A stretch of DNA of 64,000 bases, from positions 38,718 through 102,717 of the IMG/VR virus record IMGVR_UViG_3300025602_000002; one strand, written 5' to 3'. This DNA is from a virus (taxonomy: Duplodnaviria > Heunggongvirae > Uroviricota > Caudoviricetes). Shown here one piece after another: positions 10,942-25,428 of the stretch. Under the pieces are notes generated by a model, which did not search any database, was not told the DNA's origin, and saw only the letters and a list, made by a program, of their open reading frames with translations. Each line of letters starts with the position of its first letter. Positions within the stretch are counted from its first letter, which is position 1. The position numbers and the translations under genes are program-made.

Positions 10942-12060
10942 ATGACAGATCACGTATCACGAGCTATAAACGCTATACAAGATGAAATTAAAGGAAGTGT
11001 AAATAACCTTATTTCTCCATTTTTAAACGTAGGAAACCAACTATTAGGAACTCTTCTTCCAGATTTGGGTGTAGAAAAAACTTCACCTAATAACTTAGCT
11101 GAAGAAATAGAAAATATGACTGACGTTGGAGCAGTGCTTATGGTATACTCTAAAGACCCTGGAGAAGTAACTCATCGTTCTAATAAATTTTTCCTTCATT
11201 CCCTTAATTTTACATATAAAGAGAAGGCGCAATTAAATGAAACTTTTGATTCACCAGCTATTTCATTTTTTGGGGATTCAATAAGAATCTATAATTTTGC
11301 AGGAACAGCTATAGATTACGCAAGTGAAAGTGGGAGGGCTTGGGAACATTTTCATCAAAGTAGTTTAATAAAAATGTATGATGATATATTGCGCGGTACT
11401 AAATTAGTTCAAAATAACAGTATAGCCATTATGAAAATAATGAATCATACTATTTGGGGGTATCCTTTAAATTTTAGAGGCGGTTATAACGCTGCACAAG
11501 ATAAGGTAGCTAGCTTTTCTATGAGCTGAATAGTCTTAAAACACACCTTGACCTTTCCTAGTATAGTTACGGATGATAACTTAAAAACACTGTACACAAC
11601 AGTAGACGCAAGCGTAGATCAAGCTTACTTAAATAATATAAATAGTGTACTGGATAAAACAAATAAATTACTTATATTAAAAGAATACGATGTTAGTTTA
11701 GAGTCACTGCCTGATTTAGATCATATACCGTCAGCTTCTCTACAAAACCACTTAGAGGATCTAACGTCCTTAAATTTTTATGCGAAGGTTTCAGAAAATA
11801 TAAAAGCTTTACAAGATGATTATAAAAATAAGCTATCTGCCGGCATTTCCAATGTGTCAGCTGTATTGAGTACGCAATTTCCGGGTGGTTGAGATCAGAT
11901 AGACTCATTTTTTCAAGATTTAGGAAAATACTCTACTGGAGCATTTAGTACTGCGACAATTGATGAGAATGAATTTTTAAATTTTCAACTTTCTCTATTA
12001 ACTATTTTAGAAATAAAAAATAGATTAACAACTTTTAAAATACAAAACCTATTATCATAA
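10942..12060 (+). CDS. Putative tail/baseplate protein, 372 aa (TGA=Trp)
   Basis: Track ORFs 10942 and 11548 are in frame through 2 TGA; TAATG overlap with the next gene. Confidence 0.6.
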
Positions 12061-12776
12061 TGACTACTTTAAAACAAAAAGAATTAGAATTATTTAATCA
12101 ATATAGATCTGGCGACAATGAAGCTAGAACTAAATTATTAACCTCCCTTAAGCCTCTAATTAGGGGTCAGGCGAACAAATTTACTAATTCGGGACTTCCG
12201 CCAATGGCTATTGAGTTAGAGGCTCATAGGCTAGCTAGCGACTCTTTAAACACATATGATCCTAGCAAAGCTCAGTTAAATACTCATGTAACTAATTGAT
12301 TAAAGAAATTAAGTAGATTTGTTACTAATTATCAAAATGTTGGACATATACCAGAACCTAGAGCCTTAATTATAGGAAAGTATAATGCTATTTTTGATAA
12401 TTTAGAAGCTGATAAAGGTAGAGAGCCTACTATTACAGAGTTGGCGGATGCTATGAATTTGCCTCCAGTTGAAATCGAAAGACTACAAACAGAGCTTAGG
12501 AAGGATTTATCTATTTCTTTACCAGAGGATAAAGAGGATATAGGTGGCTTTTATTTTCATGCTAAACCTGGCAGTTTTAATAAATCAAAAGAAGCGTTGG
12601 AATTTACATACTTTGATGCTGATCCTATAGATAAAAAAATATTAGAATATACTTTTGGTATAGGTGGTCAGGGCATCTTAAGAAATAAAGATATTCAAAA
12701 AGAATTAAAACTAAGCGCTGCTAACTTAAAAAAACGAAAGGAAGAATTAGCTACTACTTTAGATAGTATCATATAA
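12060..12776 (+). CDS. Sigma-70-family RNA polymerase sigma factor, 238 aa (TGA=Trp)
   Basis: Region 2 LLTSLKPLI...YDPSKAQLNTHVTN(TGA)LKK resembles FDPxRGxKFSTYAxWWI; region 3 GREPTITELADAM; region 4 HTH-like C-terminus. Confidence 0.85.
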
Positions 12777-14839
12777 TGAGTATAATTACTAAATTAGGAT
12801 TAAATGATTCATTAAGTGCTCTTGGCATTTCGGGAGATACTTGTAACTCATCAGCAATCGCAGATAAGCTACAAGAAGCTACTGAGCAATTAGGGCAAGA
12901 TACTCAAGAAGCTATTAATTTAATTGCATCTAAGTTAGGTGGTAATTTCGTAATAACTATAGGAGCCCTCTTAGAGGATTTTGGAGGGGCTAGTTGAGGA
13001 GCTTTAAAAAATTCATTGTTTTCTAATTTACTACATGGGGATTTCTTAAGTTCTTGGGCGGGAGCAACATCTTTGCTTTTAACATTTGTACCAAGTACTG
13101 AGATTGTTTTATTATACTGGGCGGCACAGACTTTAGAAACCCAGCTACGAATACGTGATGAGTTTGCAAAAGCCTTATTAACTGAGTTAGATATTATTTT
13201 AGAATTTGTAAAAGCGTTACAAGGATTAAATGCGGGAGCTACTACTCCGGACTTTTTTGCTAACATTGCTAAAAGTCTACGACATATACAAATTGCTGAA
13301 AGAATAGTGGGAATAGAAAGGGGCAAACAATTAAATAAAAATGCTGAACAAGTTAATATTAATATTGATAATATTAAGGTTGCCAGATTAGAACTTCAAA
13401 ACGCTATCGACGATCTTACAAGTGAGCAATATAGTGCCATTTTACGAGAAGTTGAAGATCTTCATAATGAGTATGGATTAGAAAAACCCTTACTAACCAA
13501 TCCAGACGCTGCTATAGCTACTGGAGAGTGGTTAAACAATTGAATATCTTATTTTAATAGTCTTAGTTCTAGCGTAAAGGATAAATTTTTTGATGAAAAT
13601 GGGAAACCCTCTGATGATTTTAAAGAATTTTCTGCCAAACTTTTAAGACTATTTCCAGAGGTATTAAGAACATTATCATTATATACAGTTGTTTCAAATT
13701 CAACAAACATATTAGTTGAAAAGTTTCCTATAGTGCTCAGTCTTAGTAGTTGATCTAGGAAGCGTCTTAGGAAGTTATTACACCCACTTCGTTCTAGTGA
13801 GTGAAAGGATTTTATAGCATCTGATATTACGAGGACAGCTTCAAGTGTTTTTTCTGACCCAGCTACAAATAAAACTACCTGAAAACAACTGATGGTATTA
13901 GGGCAGGGAGCTGAAGCTGCTATTTTGGCTTTTCCTAGTTATTGAGATTTTATACAAGATAGCTCTAATCTTGGAAAAACACTACTTGACCCAGCTCTTA
14001 GACAACTAAGGGATGTTGAATCTGACATGATTGCTACAAAAAAGGCTGCTAGTCTTCACTCTAGCACTCATGGGCAAGTAAAGTTTAAATGAGTGTCTCA
14101 AATTTCTTCTGTTGATGCCGGACTAGCTGTGCTTACGGGTGAGAATTCTTTTTTTGAACGTAAATGAGGTATTAATCCTTTTACAATTCAATATGATTTT
14201 GAACAAGCAGGTATTGCATTAGAGTCGTTAAAAACTTATATTAATAATAAGCACGAGAATACTGAACCTGGAGATGTTGCTTTTGAGATTGCTCAAAAAT
14301 ACTTAGGACCTCTATCTTTTGATGTTTTAGGGCTTATTCATAACTCTACCCAAACTATTGCAGGAGTTCAGGCCGCTAGGGTAGCTTTGAGCGAACAGCA
14401 AGTATTAGATAGACAGGAAGCCGAATTATGTAATATATTTACAAGGACTGTAGAAAGTATAGAAGGGTTTAGTGCTATACAGCAGTATTTAGAAACTGTA
14501 ATTCAGAGTTTAGAAAGTGATTTATTAAATAATGGAGTTATAGCAAAGCTAAGAGACGGAAATCTTTCAGATTTAGCTGAAATTCTAGACACTGGAGCTC
14601 TCATCACTGAAGGAGTTAAATTAGCAAATTGTCTAATAAATAAAGATGGCGTAGTATCTACTAAGTTTTTAGAAAACTGAGCTGGATTTTTAGGTATTAG
14701 TATGTCTGACGAAGAGATAGCTAAATTTAAGGGAATAGAAAAATACAAAAATATGGTTTTTAAACAATTAATAGACACAAAAGATATGTTATACGCTGCC
14801 CTAAAAATACATACTGAAGAAGTTAACGAGGTTAGTTAA
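12776..14839 (+). CDS. Hypothetical (probably structural) protein, 687 aa, 9 in-frame TGA
   Basis: Track ORFs 12776, 13016 and 14387 share a frame; no TAA/TAG until 14837. Confidence 0.7.
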
Positions 14840-14840
14840 G

Positions 14841-15281
14841 GTGAGTTTAAGAGATATAAAATTAGTAAATTTTTCAGAAACTAGCAGCTCTGTCTCATTT
14901 ACCATTAGTTCTGTATTAAATCCAGTAATCGGTAGAGACAACTTAATACAAAGAATTGTTAAGAAAATTTTAACAGCTAAAGGCTCTAATGTTTATGATT
15001 CAACTATCGGAAGTTCTTTTGCTAATTTATTCCAAGTTACGTCTACTACTAGAATAAAAGAAATTGAAAATATTTTTCCTATATATTTGGAAACAATGGT
15101 AGAACAATTAAGAGACGAACAAGAATCTGAAATTTTAGAAGGAATCACAATACCTGACGGAGAATACTTAGAAAACATCATAATGGAGTCGGTCGCATAT
15201 GACGACACTTTTGGCGGATGGTTAGTCTCCCTACGAGTATTTACATTAAATAATTCTTCATTTTCATTAAGCATACCTTAG
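14841..15281 (+). CDS. Baseplate wedge protein (gp25/GpW-like)
   Basis: IGRDNLIQRIVKKILTAKGSNVYDSTIGS pattern; sits before the baseplate J-like gene. Confidence 0.7.
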   Translation: MSLRDIKLVNFSETSSSVSFTISSVLNPVIGRDNLIQRIVKKILTAKGSNVYDSTIGSSFANLFQVTSTTRIKEIENIFPIYLETMVEQLRDEQESEILEGITIPDGEYLENIIMESVAYDDTFGGWLVSLRVFTLNNSSFSLSIP

Positions 15282-15294
15282 GATAAAAAAAATT

Positions 15295-18200
15295 ATGGCT
15301 ATTGACATTAAAAATTATATTATAGAAAAAGTAAGAATCTTAGATCCTACTATAGACACGCGACCTGGAAGTGTATTTAGAGATTTCTTTATAAATCCGC
15401 TAGTTCCTATTATAGAGCAATATGAGGCGGAACATAATGCGGTTCTTAATACTTATAATGTAACTGATTTAAGTATTTTAGAAGAATCCCAATTAGACGC
15501 TACAGCCGCTAATTTTTTATTAGAAAGAATTACTGGGAGTAAAGCTACTGGTTATGTAAAAATGTATTTTTCTGCACCTAGGTCTATAAATTTAGGCCAG
15601 GGGACCGTTTTGACTAGCGCTTCTGGTAGACAGTTTGAAGTTGTATCTGATTTTAGTGTTACTAAACTTCAAATGGAATTAAATACTGGAGACTACCCAA
15701 ACTATGACAGTGGGCTTATTCCGGTTATTGCTAAAATAGCTGGTTCAGAATATCAAGAAGAGCCTAATACAACTTTTACTTTAGCATCTTCAGCTATCAC
15801 TCCAATTAAAATTGTAAATACAGCAGTCTTTATTGGCGGTACTGATAAAGAAACAAATACAGCTTTTTATGCACGTATTAAAAATGAAATAGCTAATTTA
15901 TCTTTAGCTTCTTCGGCTGCTATTGAAACTCAAATTAAAAATTTAGTAACTACTGCAATAGCTGTAGAGGTTGTAGGCGCTGGGCATTTTAGAATGATTC
16001 GGGATTTAACTACTAGTATTGCTAATGTTACGAGTTTTTCTTCAGAAGACTATTTTTTAGTTCACTCAGGAATGCACTCAGGTTATGATAAACCTCATGT
16101 GGCTTACACTGGGGCATTTCAAGATATAAACGAAACCGAAGCTATTGACTTTCCTACTCCAGCATCCTGATCAAGAGAATTTTCTAATGATTTTTATACA
16201 GGAATTTATAAACTTACTGACGCTCTTTATGCTGAAGGCTCTACTTATGTACTAGTCAACGAATTATTTGGTGATGCAGATCCTATAAATCAACAACCCT
16301 CTCTAAATATGTTAGCCGCTTCGGGTTTATGAGAATTTCATGATGGCATTAGTCCTAGCCAAGATCCTTATTACTTAGACGAATTTGGAATTGATATAGC
16401 CAACCAACGCCTACGCTTGGGTAAAACTTTAGATAATACGGATTTAACCAATAATAGCGACGTAGCCTTAGCTTTATCCGAATTACAATCTATTTATACA
16501 CAATTCTCTAATGCTCTAACTTTAACTGATTTTAACATCGCGGCAGAAAACTATACAACATTAGTAGACGCAATTAATTTTAATAGCGTATCCCCTATCT
16601 TTAGTAAAGAAATTGACCAGCATACCGGTATAGAAATAAGCTGTACCATGGAAACTACTGATGCAACTGAAAATGGGGAAATGGCTTATATTACTGTATT
16701 AAGAAATTCTAAAATATTTAAACCACAAGATGGTTATGGGTTAGCTTGGAGAAAACAACCTGAGTTTTTAATTAGATTACATACTAATTTAATTAATGCT
16801 TCCTATACTTACCCAGGAGGAACTACCCAATATACTACAGATGCTGCTCGTTTCGAAGAAGAATTCCAAACTAGCTTATTATCCACTTGAGCTGTTTCAG
16901 CTGGCGGTACTGGAATCCCTAATACTTATTGAAAATATAATGTATTCTTAGTTGATAATGATATATTACAGGAAGAAGTGTGGATTGGTAGTGACCAACT
17001 TTGAGACCAAACTAATGGTATGAACCAATTCTTACAAGCTGCAAAAGTGTGGATAGAACCTAACATTAGGTATGGTTTTAAACTTAAAGTTTACGCTAAA
17101 CTGGGATTTGAAGGTTGGGTCTGAGATGACGAGTCTGATGTATATAATGTAGACACCCATAAAGTTATTGATAGAGGTACTACTTACCCACCTTATATAC
17201 CTACCTCAGGAGAATTACAAACTACAGAAACTGGGATAGGTACGATAGTTAGTACTAGGGGACATTTTGGAATTTCTGTAGCCCAAACTATGAATTATGA
17301 ATGGTATGTAGACACTTTAATAGTAAAATCTTTTGAAGAAACTTTTCCAATGCATCTATTTAAATTTAAATTACCTTCTGCTGATTTTAATTCAGCTAAT
17401 CAGTGTGAAATAAATTATTATGGTGCAGGTTATGACGCTGTACAATACGGTATAGATAGTAATACTGGACATTCTAAAGTTGAGGCAAGAGTTTATAATG
17501 TGGTAGACGCAGTTTGAGAAACTTTAGGTACCCATACCTATACCCCTGCCCAAGTAGAAGTTAGTAAAACTTTAGGCAAACTTACTAAAACTTTAAATCC
17601 TTTATCTAACTATTTAGATAGTGATGGATATACTAATATAGCAGCTGCTGCAGTAAATACTGGAACTAGTTTTCCAAACGACACCGAACACACCCTAAGA
17701 AGTTATTATGTTGAGGCTAATAATATAGTAGCTGAGGCTTTTCATCGAGGAAATGCTATGGATATCTATGTTCACGATCCTTCAAATATTGTAGAAGGTT
17801 CTGTTGTAGCCACTATGTCGGAAAACTCCTTACATTTACAATCCTTAACTGGCACCCATAATTATATTCAAGAAATTATAGAAGTAAGAGAATTTATTTC
17901 ACAAGTTGCCTTTGACACAAGCAGCTACTCTATAGTAAATAATAATACTGGTACAACTTACTCTAAGAATAGTAGTTACACTATTAATTTTAGTTTAGAA
18001 GGAATGGCAGGAACTATTCTTGAAGTAGTTTATAGATATTGGGCAAAAGGGGATACGGTAGATGCTTATTTTACAAGCGCTGATAGAGTTTACCCCGTAG
18101 CAGATCAATCTATTAAAGTAATGCCGCCAACCATAATTGATATTACTAAATTAGAGTATTCAGGTGGATTAGCTGAAACAGAAATGAAATTAAAAATAAG

Positions 18201-18435
18201 AGATTATTTTAATGAACTTACTTCTACCACTTTTGATAAGTCAGACCTAGTAAATGTATTATATACTAATGGGGCAACATTTGTTAATTTAAATATGACA
18301 ATAGATGCTCAGGAGTATGATCCTTTAATGGCTAAAGTTACTACGAGAGTTGAACAAACCTTTACAATTTCTTCTTTAAATGTCGGTAGATTTTATACGA
18401 ATTTAACCTATCTATCTGGAGTTTCTCAAATATAA
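15295..18435 (+). CDS. Baseplate J/gp6-like protein, 1046 aa, 7 in-frame TGA
   Basis: DTRPGSVFRDFFINPL, GSKATGYV, GGTDKETNTAFYARI; four track ORFs join in one frame. Confidence 0.8.
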
Positions 18436-20099
18436 TGTTCAATCCAGAATCTAATATAGAAGCTTCTCAAATATGAAATAACTTAGGAACTTTTTATAAT
18501 TTGGTAGACGCATCTTCCAAAACTATAATAGAAAATTATTGGGAAGCACTTGTTAATGGGATGGAAGGTGTATTTTATAATTTATATCAAACTGAGTTAA
18601 CAAAATATTTAGAGTATACTTTAGGATACCTGGAGGAGTCTTATCAAACTTACCAAATAACTTTAGACGGTTTGGGCGCAAATACAGAGTATGGTTACTT
18701 ATCCGCTCCTACAGGAATTTCTGCTTCCCCTCAAGCTCCCGTAATAAGTGGGAATACTTATGCTTATGTAGTGAGCTCTTTAAATGGTGTAGGAGAAACT
18801 TTAGGGGCATCTCCGGCTTTAGCTATTAGTGGTGGGAGCAATTTGGTAACTAATCCAAATACTGTTAGTTGAAGCGCTGTTACTGGAGCTGATTTCTATA
18901 ATGTTTATGGTAGGGTTATTGGAAGCACTTTTGGATTACTTGCTACTGTGTCAGGACTAAGCTACTCTGATGTTGGAACTACTCCTGGATCTAAAATAAG
19001 TAGGAGTTCAAATACTGCAAAAAATACATATTGGTATGCATTACCGGAGAACAAAATTTTCTTAACTATTCCCACTATTAGTGGTATAGGTTCTGGCCAA
19101 ACTCTTGTAGAGGGGAGCGATTATGAAATTGATAAATTACATAAAATTAAGTTTTTAAAACCGTTCCATACACAAACATTTAATATTGAGCAACAAACAA
19201 ATCTATCTTGACTTCTTAATTCTGGTAAAAATAAACCCTTGACTTTAGTTAGAGGGTTACGCTATGCTTTTGTAGTTGACGATACTACTTCAACTTTTAC
19301 CATTTCCGGAGCTTCTGGAGAATTAGTGACTGGTACAACTGATGGTACAATTGAATTTACACCAGTAACTGCTACTCCTGATACTATTTATTATACTGGA
19401 GGAAATTCTATTTCGATAGTGAATTCTCTAACTAATGAATTAGTTATGGATGATAATAAAACGCCAACTGTTTGAGGAGATGAATTCTTTTCTGTCAGCG
19501 GCTTACTTTTATTACCATCTTTAACTTCAATTTATTTTCCAGCTTTTGGCCTATCTACTGATCCAGAATCTCTAATTGTTTCTGGATACTACCAACCTTT
19601 TACAAGCGGATACTACAGTGGCGGCTTAACTTACTTTGAACAACGAAGAGACTATGCAGTTCATTTAAAAAATTGGGCATTTGCTTACGCTGCATACTTA
19701 AAAAAACAACCTACAGTAACTAACTTAACACAGGCTTTTGAACTTCTATCAGGCCTACCATTTACCTATGAAGCTTGTATAGTAACTAATGTTACGAATA
19801 GTGGGGGTTATAACTATGTTGTTACTGATGAAAGGACTTACGAAATTACTGAAAACTTAGTATTAAAGGTAGGCATTGGAGATTCATTATCTAAATTTGA
19901 TATTTTATGTTCGGGTATCGCTTTACATGATTATATACAAAGCCCTACCGTTGTTTCTGGAATTTTAACAAAAGAAGGTCAAATAACTGAATTTGATGTT
20001 AGAACAACAAGTACAAATGGAATTGGATCTATCTTTAATTTTAAAAATGTTTATTCTACAGGAGTTCTTCCTGAAAATGTAACTGGAGTAGTTGGGTAA
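18435..20099 (+). CDS. Baseplate/tail protein with FN3-like segment, 554 aa, 4 in-frame TGA
   Basis: TAATG overlaps at both ends; VS(TGA)SAVTGADFYNVY matches the FN3 W...Y pattern. Confidence 0.65.
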
Positions 20100-20986
20100 T
20101 GAGTAGAATATTATTAGTTCGTGGAGTAGAATATGTATTTAATCTATCAGATAGAGAGCACGATTTTATATTAAGTACAGACTCTACAGGTGGAACTTTA
20201 ACTGGAATAATTACTAACGGAGTTACGATAGAATGAGAATTTTATGACGGTTCTGTATGAAGTGGCGACGTACATTATTATTTAGATAAACCTTATGCGG
20301 GAGCTACTCACGCTATTGATCCAGATTCAGAGAGGGTATATAAATCTAAAATTAGTTATACTCCTAATGCTGCCACTCCAGATACCATATATTGTCAATG
20401 TAGTGAGCATGTAAATGAGGGAGTTACTATTTACGTATCTACAGTTGAGGGTACTACTTTAAATGAATATGAATGATACTATCTATTAGGAATAAATCAA
20501 TCTAATAGGCTGAGCTATGTTAATAGCGATCCTACCTTAATAGACTCATTTTTATCAGAAAGATTGCCAGCAGGAGTAAGAGTGAAAAGATATAATAAAG
20601 CGGCTGCGGTAACTGCTTTAGGCGACACTACCTCATGGCATCATCCTATTTCTGCTGAAATTGTTTCACTTTCAGGCTTGATTTCTGACATAGAAAATGA
20701 TATATTAACATATACGTGGGCACAAACTGCTCCTTTAGCAACTATCCTAACGTTATCTGGGCTAAGTAGTCCAATAACAAGTGGAAACTCTATAAATATG
20801 ACAGCGGCTTTATCAATTCCGCCAGTTAGTACTTTATACGATTTTAGAATAACAGTTGATGATACTTATAACGCAAGTAGAAACACTATACAAGTAAAGG
20901 TTTCAGGCTTACAACATTTTGATAACTGAACATACACATCTTTTGCAATGGGCGATTGCCGATTACCCTTTAGCGAACTACCTTAA
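20099..20986 (+). CDS. Structural protein with Ig/PKD-like segment, 295 aa, 4 in-frame TGA
   Basis: Open to TAA 20984; LTYTWAQT...YDFRITVDD Ig-like pattern. Confidence 0.55.
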
Positions 20987-20998
20987 TGGAGAAATAAC

Positions 20999-22561
20999 AT
21001 GGCTATAACACTTTCAGGCTTAAATACAAGCATGACCCCAAACACGGTTCTTTCGCTGTTAAGTACCAATTTCGGCACTGTAGAAACTGCAGTAAACGCT
21101 AATACCCTTAAATTAACTGGAGTTGTTGGCACAGCAATAGGAGCTGCTAACGAGCAGGAATTAACTAATAAAACTATAACCTCTGACAATCGAGACGGTT
21201 CCAAAGGTAATATTTTTGATATTAGTAGAAAGGATATTGGAGATAATTTATTTAAATTAACTGCCTATACCCGAGCGGGTGTAGCTGATGGTATCATTAA
21301 TAATGTTGATGTTAATGAAACAGAAATGTATAATTTAATGATAAGTGGTGGCAACGGAGTTAAAGCTCAGGTAGCCTCAAACGTTCTTAAATTAACCATG
21401 CATCCGACAGCAGTGCTTACTGATACAGTATCTATGGTAGTTGGTAATGCCACATTAACTTCAGGATTTGAATATGATTATGCAGGTACTGGGTTATTTA
21501 GAGATAAACTAGGGATAGGCTATCATACTTCGGCTTTATCAGCAAATTTACATATTAAACCTACAGCGGCTGAAAATAATATTACAACAAAAATGGAGGT
21601 ATCTACTAGTTATTCTATAACAGAAACTAAATTGGTAGGAGCTTCTAGTTCTATATTAACCTGAAACGGTACAACCCTAACTCGTTCTGTAGCAGGTACT
21701 TCTATAATGTCTTTAACGGCAGCTGCTATGGATATAGCTGGGAACATAACTTGTTCTGGTAACTTAGGCGGTACTTTTATAGGTACTTTATCTGCTTCTG
21801 CTACGCTAGCTTCTAACCTTATTGATACTGCTCAAATTCAAGATTTAAAAGTAACGGAAGCAAAACTTGCTGCCGGCTCAGTTACTAATTCTAAGCTAGG
21901 GACTTATTCTGTAACAGGAGCTAAGCTAAACCCTAGTATTGTTGGAAATTCCATGCAATACTCTTCAAGCGTAATAAATGTTAAAGTTGCCAATTCTACA
22001 TTAATAACTACAACTAGCGGGCTACAAGTAAATACGCTTACGACTGCTGAGTTGCCAATTACGGCTACGTCAGGCATTGCCACTGCGGATTATATCTGAA
22101 CAGGGGATCAAATATCGGCGGCTGCTCAAACAGGTTGACATGGGGATACTACCAGAATAATTTTAGCGCCTGGAGACTTCATCAATAGTAGAGATCCAAA
22201 TGATGATACTTATATTATCACAACCTCAAATAATGATTATTGGCTTATGGGTGATACTTACATTAAAGCAGTAATACCTATACCGGTAGGTTATAGAGCC
22301 ACCGGGGCCTGTGCTTGAGGAAGTAGCGCTGATCTCACTTGAGCAGTATTTCAATCTAGCGTTAAGACTTATGCTGCTACTACTTTATTAGCCTATACAC
22401 CCGCCATACTAACTGGAGCGGCTGAAAACATTATTGACTTAACAAACCCTTCCGATGAAAAATTAGGGGCAGGGTTTGATTATGTAACTATGATAGTTAG
22501 AAATGCTATGGGTGGAAGTAAAAATTTTTATGGCGCAACAGTTAAAATAGAAAAGGTATAA
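20999..22561 (+). CDS. Tail fibre/baseplate-associated protein, 520 aa, 5 in-frame TGA
   Basis: Track ORFs 20999 and 21707 in frame; VTEAKLA/VTNSKLG/VTGAKLN fibre repeats. Confidence 0.6.
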
Positions 22562-22572
22562 AGGAGTAAATA

Positions 22573-25422
22573 ATGATTAAAATGAAAGTTCCATCGGGGA
22601 CTAGACAATCGCTAGAAACTGTATTTGATAATGTACAATCTTACATGTTTGATAACTTATCAAATAGAGTAAATTTACTATTTGGAGATAGTTATGGGCA
22701 AGCTTTAGATTTAGATCAAGGATCTTTATCTACTAATAGTACTGGATTTGCTGTATCTGTAAACGCCTCTACTAATTTTAGAACAAAAATACAAATTTTA
22801 CCAGGAACTATTTATTTTAGTAATGGAGAATATTATAAAACTACAGATATTTTATCTGCAAGTTTAAGTAGCTCTGTAGGTTCTTTAACAGCGGATACTT
22901 ATTATTTAGTTGAACTTGTTTATAATGAGTTAGGTAGCGAGCCTATAGCTGCGCAATCCTCTTTTGTATATGACACCACTTCTAGCGCTCCATACTCTCA
23001 AAAAAATACTAAATTTTCGGATAACGTTACAATTACGTTTACTGAACTTACTTACGGCTCTACGTCTATTACAGCTTCCGCGGGTAGACTACCTTTAGCA
23101 ATAGTTAAGATTATTTTGGGAAATGACGGAAATCTATGATTACAGAGCGGTGCAAGCTGATCATATACTGACGGAACAACGACTTATACACCAACGGCTA
23201 CTGGAGAAGTGGACCTAAGAGCCTCTTATTTATTACGCCTTAATTCTAATTTATACGATGAAACAAAATTAGTGCTAAAGGATAGAGATAATACTGGTGC
23301 TAGAAAAATGACAGGTTCCCTAGAAGTAGCCGGTAATGTTTTAACTTCTGGATTATCAGTTTTTGGTACTGGTTATTTCTCTGGAAACGTAACCATTAGT
23401 GGTTTAGCTTCCTCTCGATCATTTAGACTTGGAGCTATACATACTACTGCGTCATTAAGTTCTATATTTGATTTTGTAGTAACCGACCATAGCAGTTCTA
23501 TTGGAAAATTAAGTATTTCCCCCGCAACCTATAATAGAGATATTTCTTTTAAAGACAAAGATGGTAACCCTGTTTTAGTAATACATAATGCCACTAAAAA
23601 TATTTCAATAGGTTCTGATACAGATACTCATACCTTACATATTACCGGCGATATGTTACTTACTGGAGCCTTTACTCCTGGGTCAATTGCTTCGGCCGGT
23701 AACATTGCGTCCTCTGGAATAATTTCAGCAGCTTCAATGCAGGTAGGAGGAGTAGACGTAAAAACAGATGCGGGAACTCCTAATAATATCAATAACTTTA
23801 GAATATATGATGTTACCCTTACTAATGATCCTAATGAAAAAATGGCTTACTTATGGTTAAAATGAAATTGGGACGCTATTTTGCCTGAAGCAATTGCATA
23901 TGATACTGGGCTTGTTACCTTGCCAACTGCTTTAGAAAATACAAATGGAGAAGGCTTTGATACTCAAGGTGACTTCAGAACTAGTACCTTAGTAAATAAA
24001 AAATATTTACAATTTTGGAATGGCGATAAATTCTTAATCACTAATTATGATTCAACAAATAAACAATTTACTATAAATACTACGGGATTAAAAGGTAATG
24101 CTTATGGAACTTATACTAGTGCCAATCCAGTAACTTTAGATTCTACAGCTCACTCTTTTAATGCTACACACTTATGCGACATTGTAGATGGTCCTACGAC
24201 TACTGGATATCGTATAAAAATTAATGAAACTGGAAGTGCGGAAAAAGCTTCTAGATCTATAATTTATGATTTAGATCGCTATCAAGTTAGATACCCAAGT
24301 TATAGTGCTAAATTAGAATTAGAAAACACTTATGCTATTTTAGCTCAAGCAGTTAATATAAATAATGATGGTATATTACAGACAATGTATGGAAGCTCTT
24401 ATGACCCAGATCACGTATCCGGTGGACAAACTCCCATTACTTATAATATACCTTATAGACATACCCTGCCTAATATTAGTACAGAGGGTGCAGTAAGCTT
24501 AACTTCAACTAATTTTGGTTTTAATATCAACCTTACGGGTTGGCAAGTTGCTGGAGACGCGTCTAATACCGCACAAGAATTTGAAGTAGCTTATACTAAT
24601 TTAGCTACTGTAGATTTTAATGATACTTTAGAAACTACTCATATAATTACAAAAGATAGGTTTATACCTGTAACAGCTAACTCTCCTAATACCTGATCAG
24701 TAGCGGCTAGACCTTTACAAAATAAACAAGTAGTTGGAGCAATAGCTGTAAATTCAGTTGTTGCCGGTGGCGGAGGTGTTCCTCCTACAGACCTTTTATT
24801 AGCAACTATTCCATTTAATGTAATGACAGCTTCTGGAATATTAACAAGTACTCCTGATGTAAACTCATTTGCAACCTTTACAGAAACTGGTGGAGAATTT
24901 TTTGGAAGTGACGCTTTAAATGGTATGGCTATTGACGTAACTATTTCAGGAGGGAGTACTCTTTCTGGTAGAATTATTGATAATACTTTATATAATGATA
25001 GTGGTATGGCTCAGAAATTAGCTTTATCTGATACTACTGGAGTATTAAGTGGGGATGCTTGGAATACAGGTACTTCGTTAACTGGAAGGCTTATAGAGGA
25101 AATTGATAATTTACCTATTGATTATATTATAACTAACATAGCTATAAGCGTTAAATCAATTACTGGAATATCTGCCGGATCCCCAGGAGTTATTAGAGCT
25201 TACCAATACGGTAACTCTTCTAATTATGTAGCCTTAGAGATTAATGGCGTAGGGGCAGTAGTAGATACTTCTGCTAATTTAGAAATTACTTCATCAGTGA
25301 CTAGTCCGCGAAAAATTGTAATAGATGCCTGAGACCCTACAGCGGTAAATAATGCTTGTAGCATGTCGGGAACAATTCTTATTTGGGCTAGACCTATAGT
25401 AGCAGCATCTGGAGCTTCCTAA
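22573..25422 (+). CDS. Tail fibre-type protein, 949 aa, 5 in-frame TGA
   Basis: Four track ORFs in one frame ending TAA 25420; Ser/Thr/Gly-rich beta content. Confidence 0.6.
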
Positions 25423-25428
25423 TAACTA

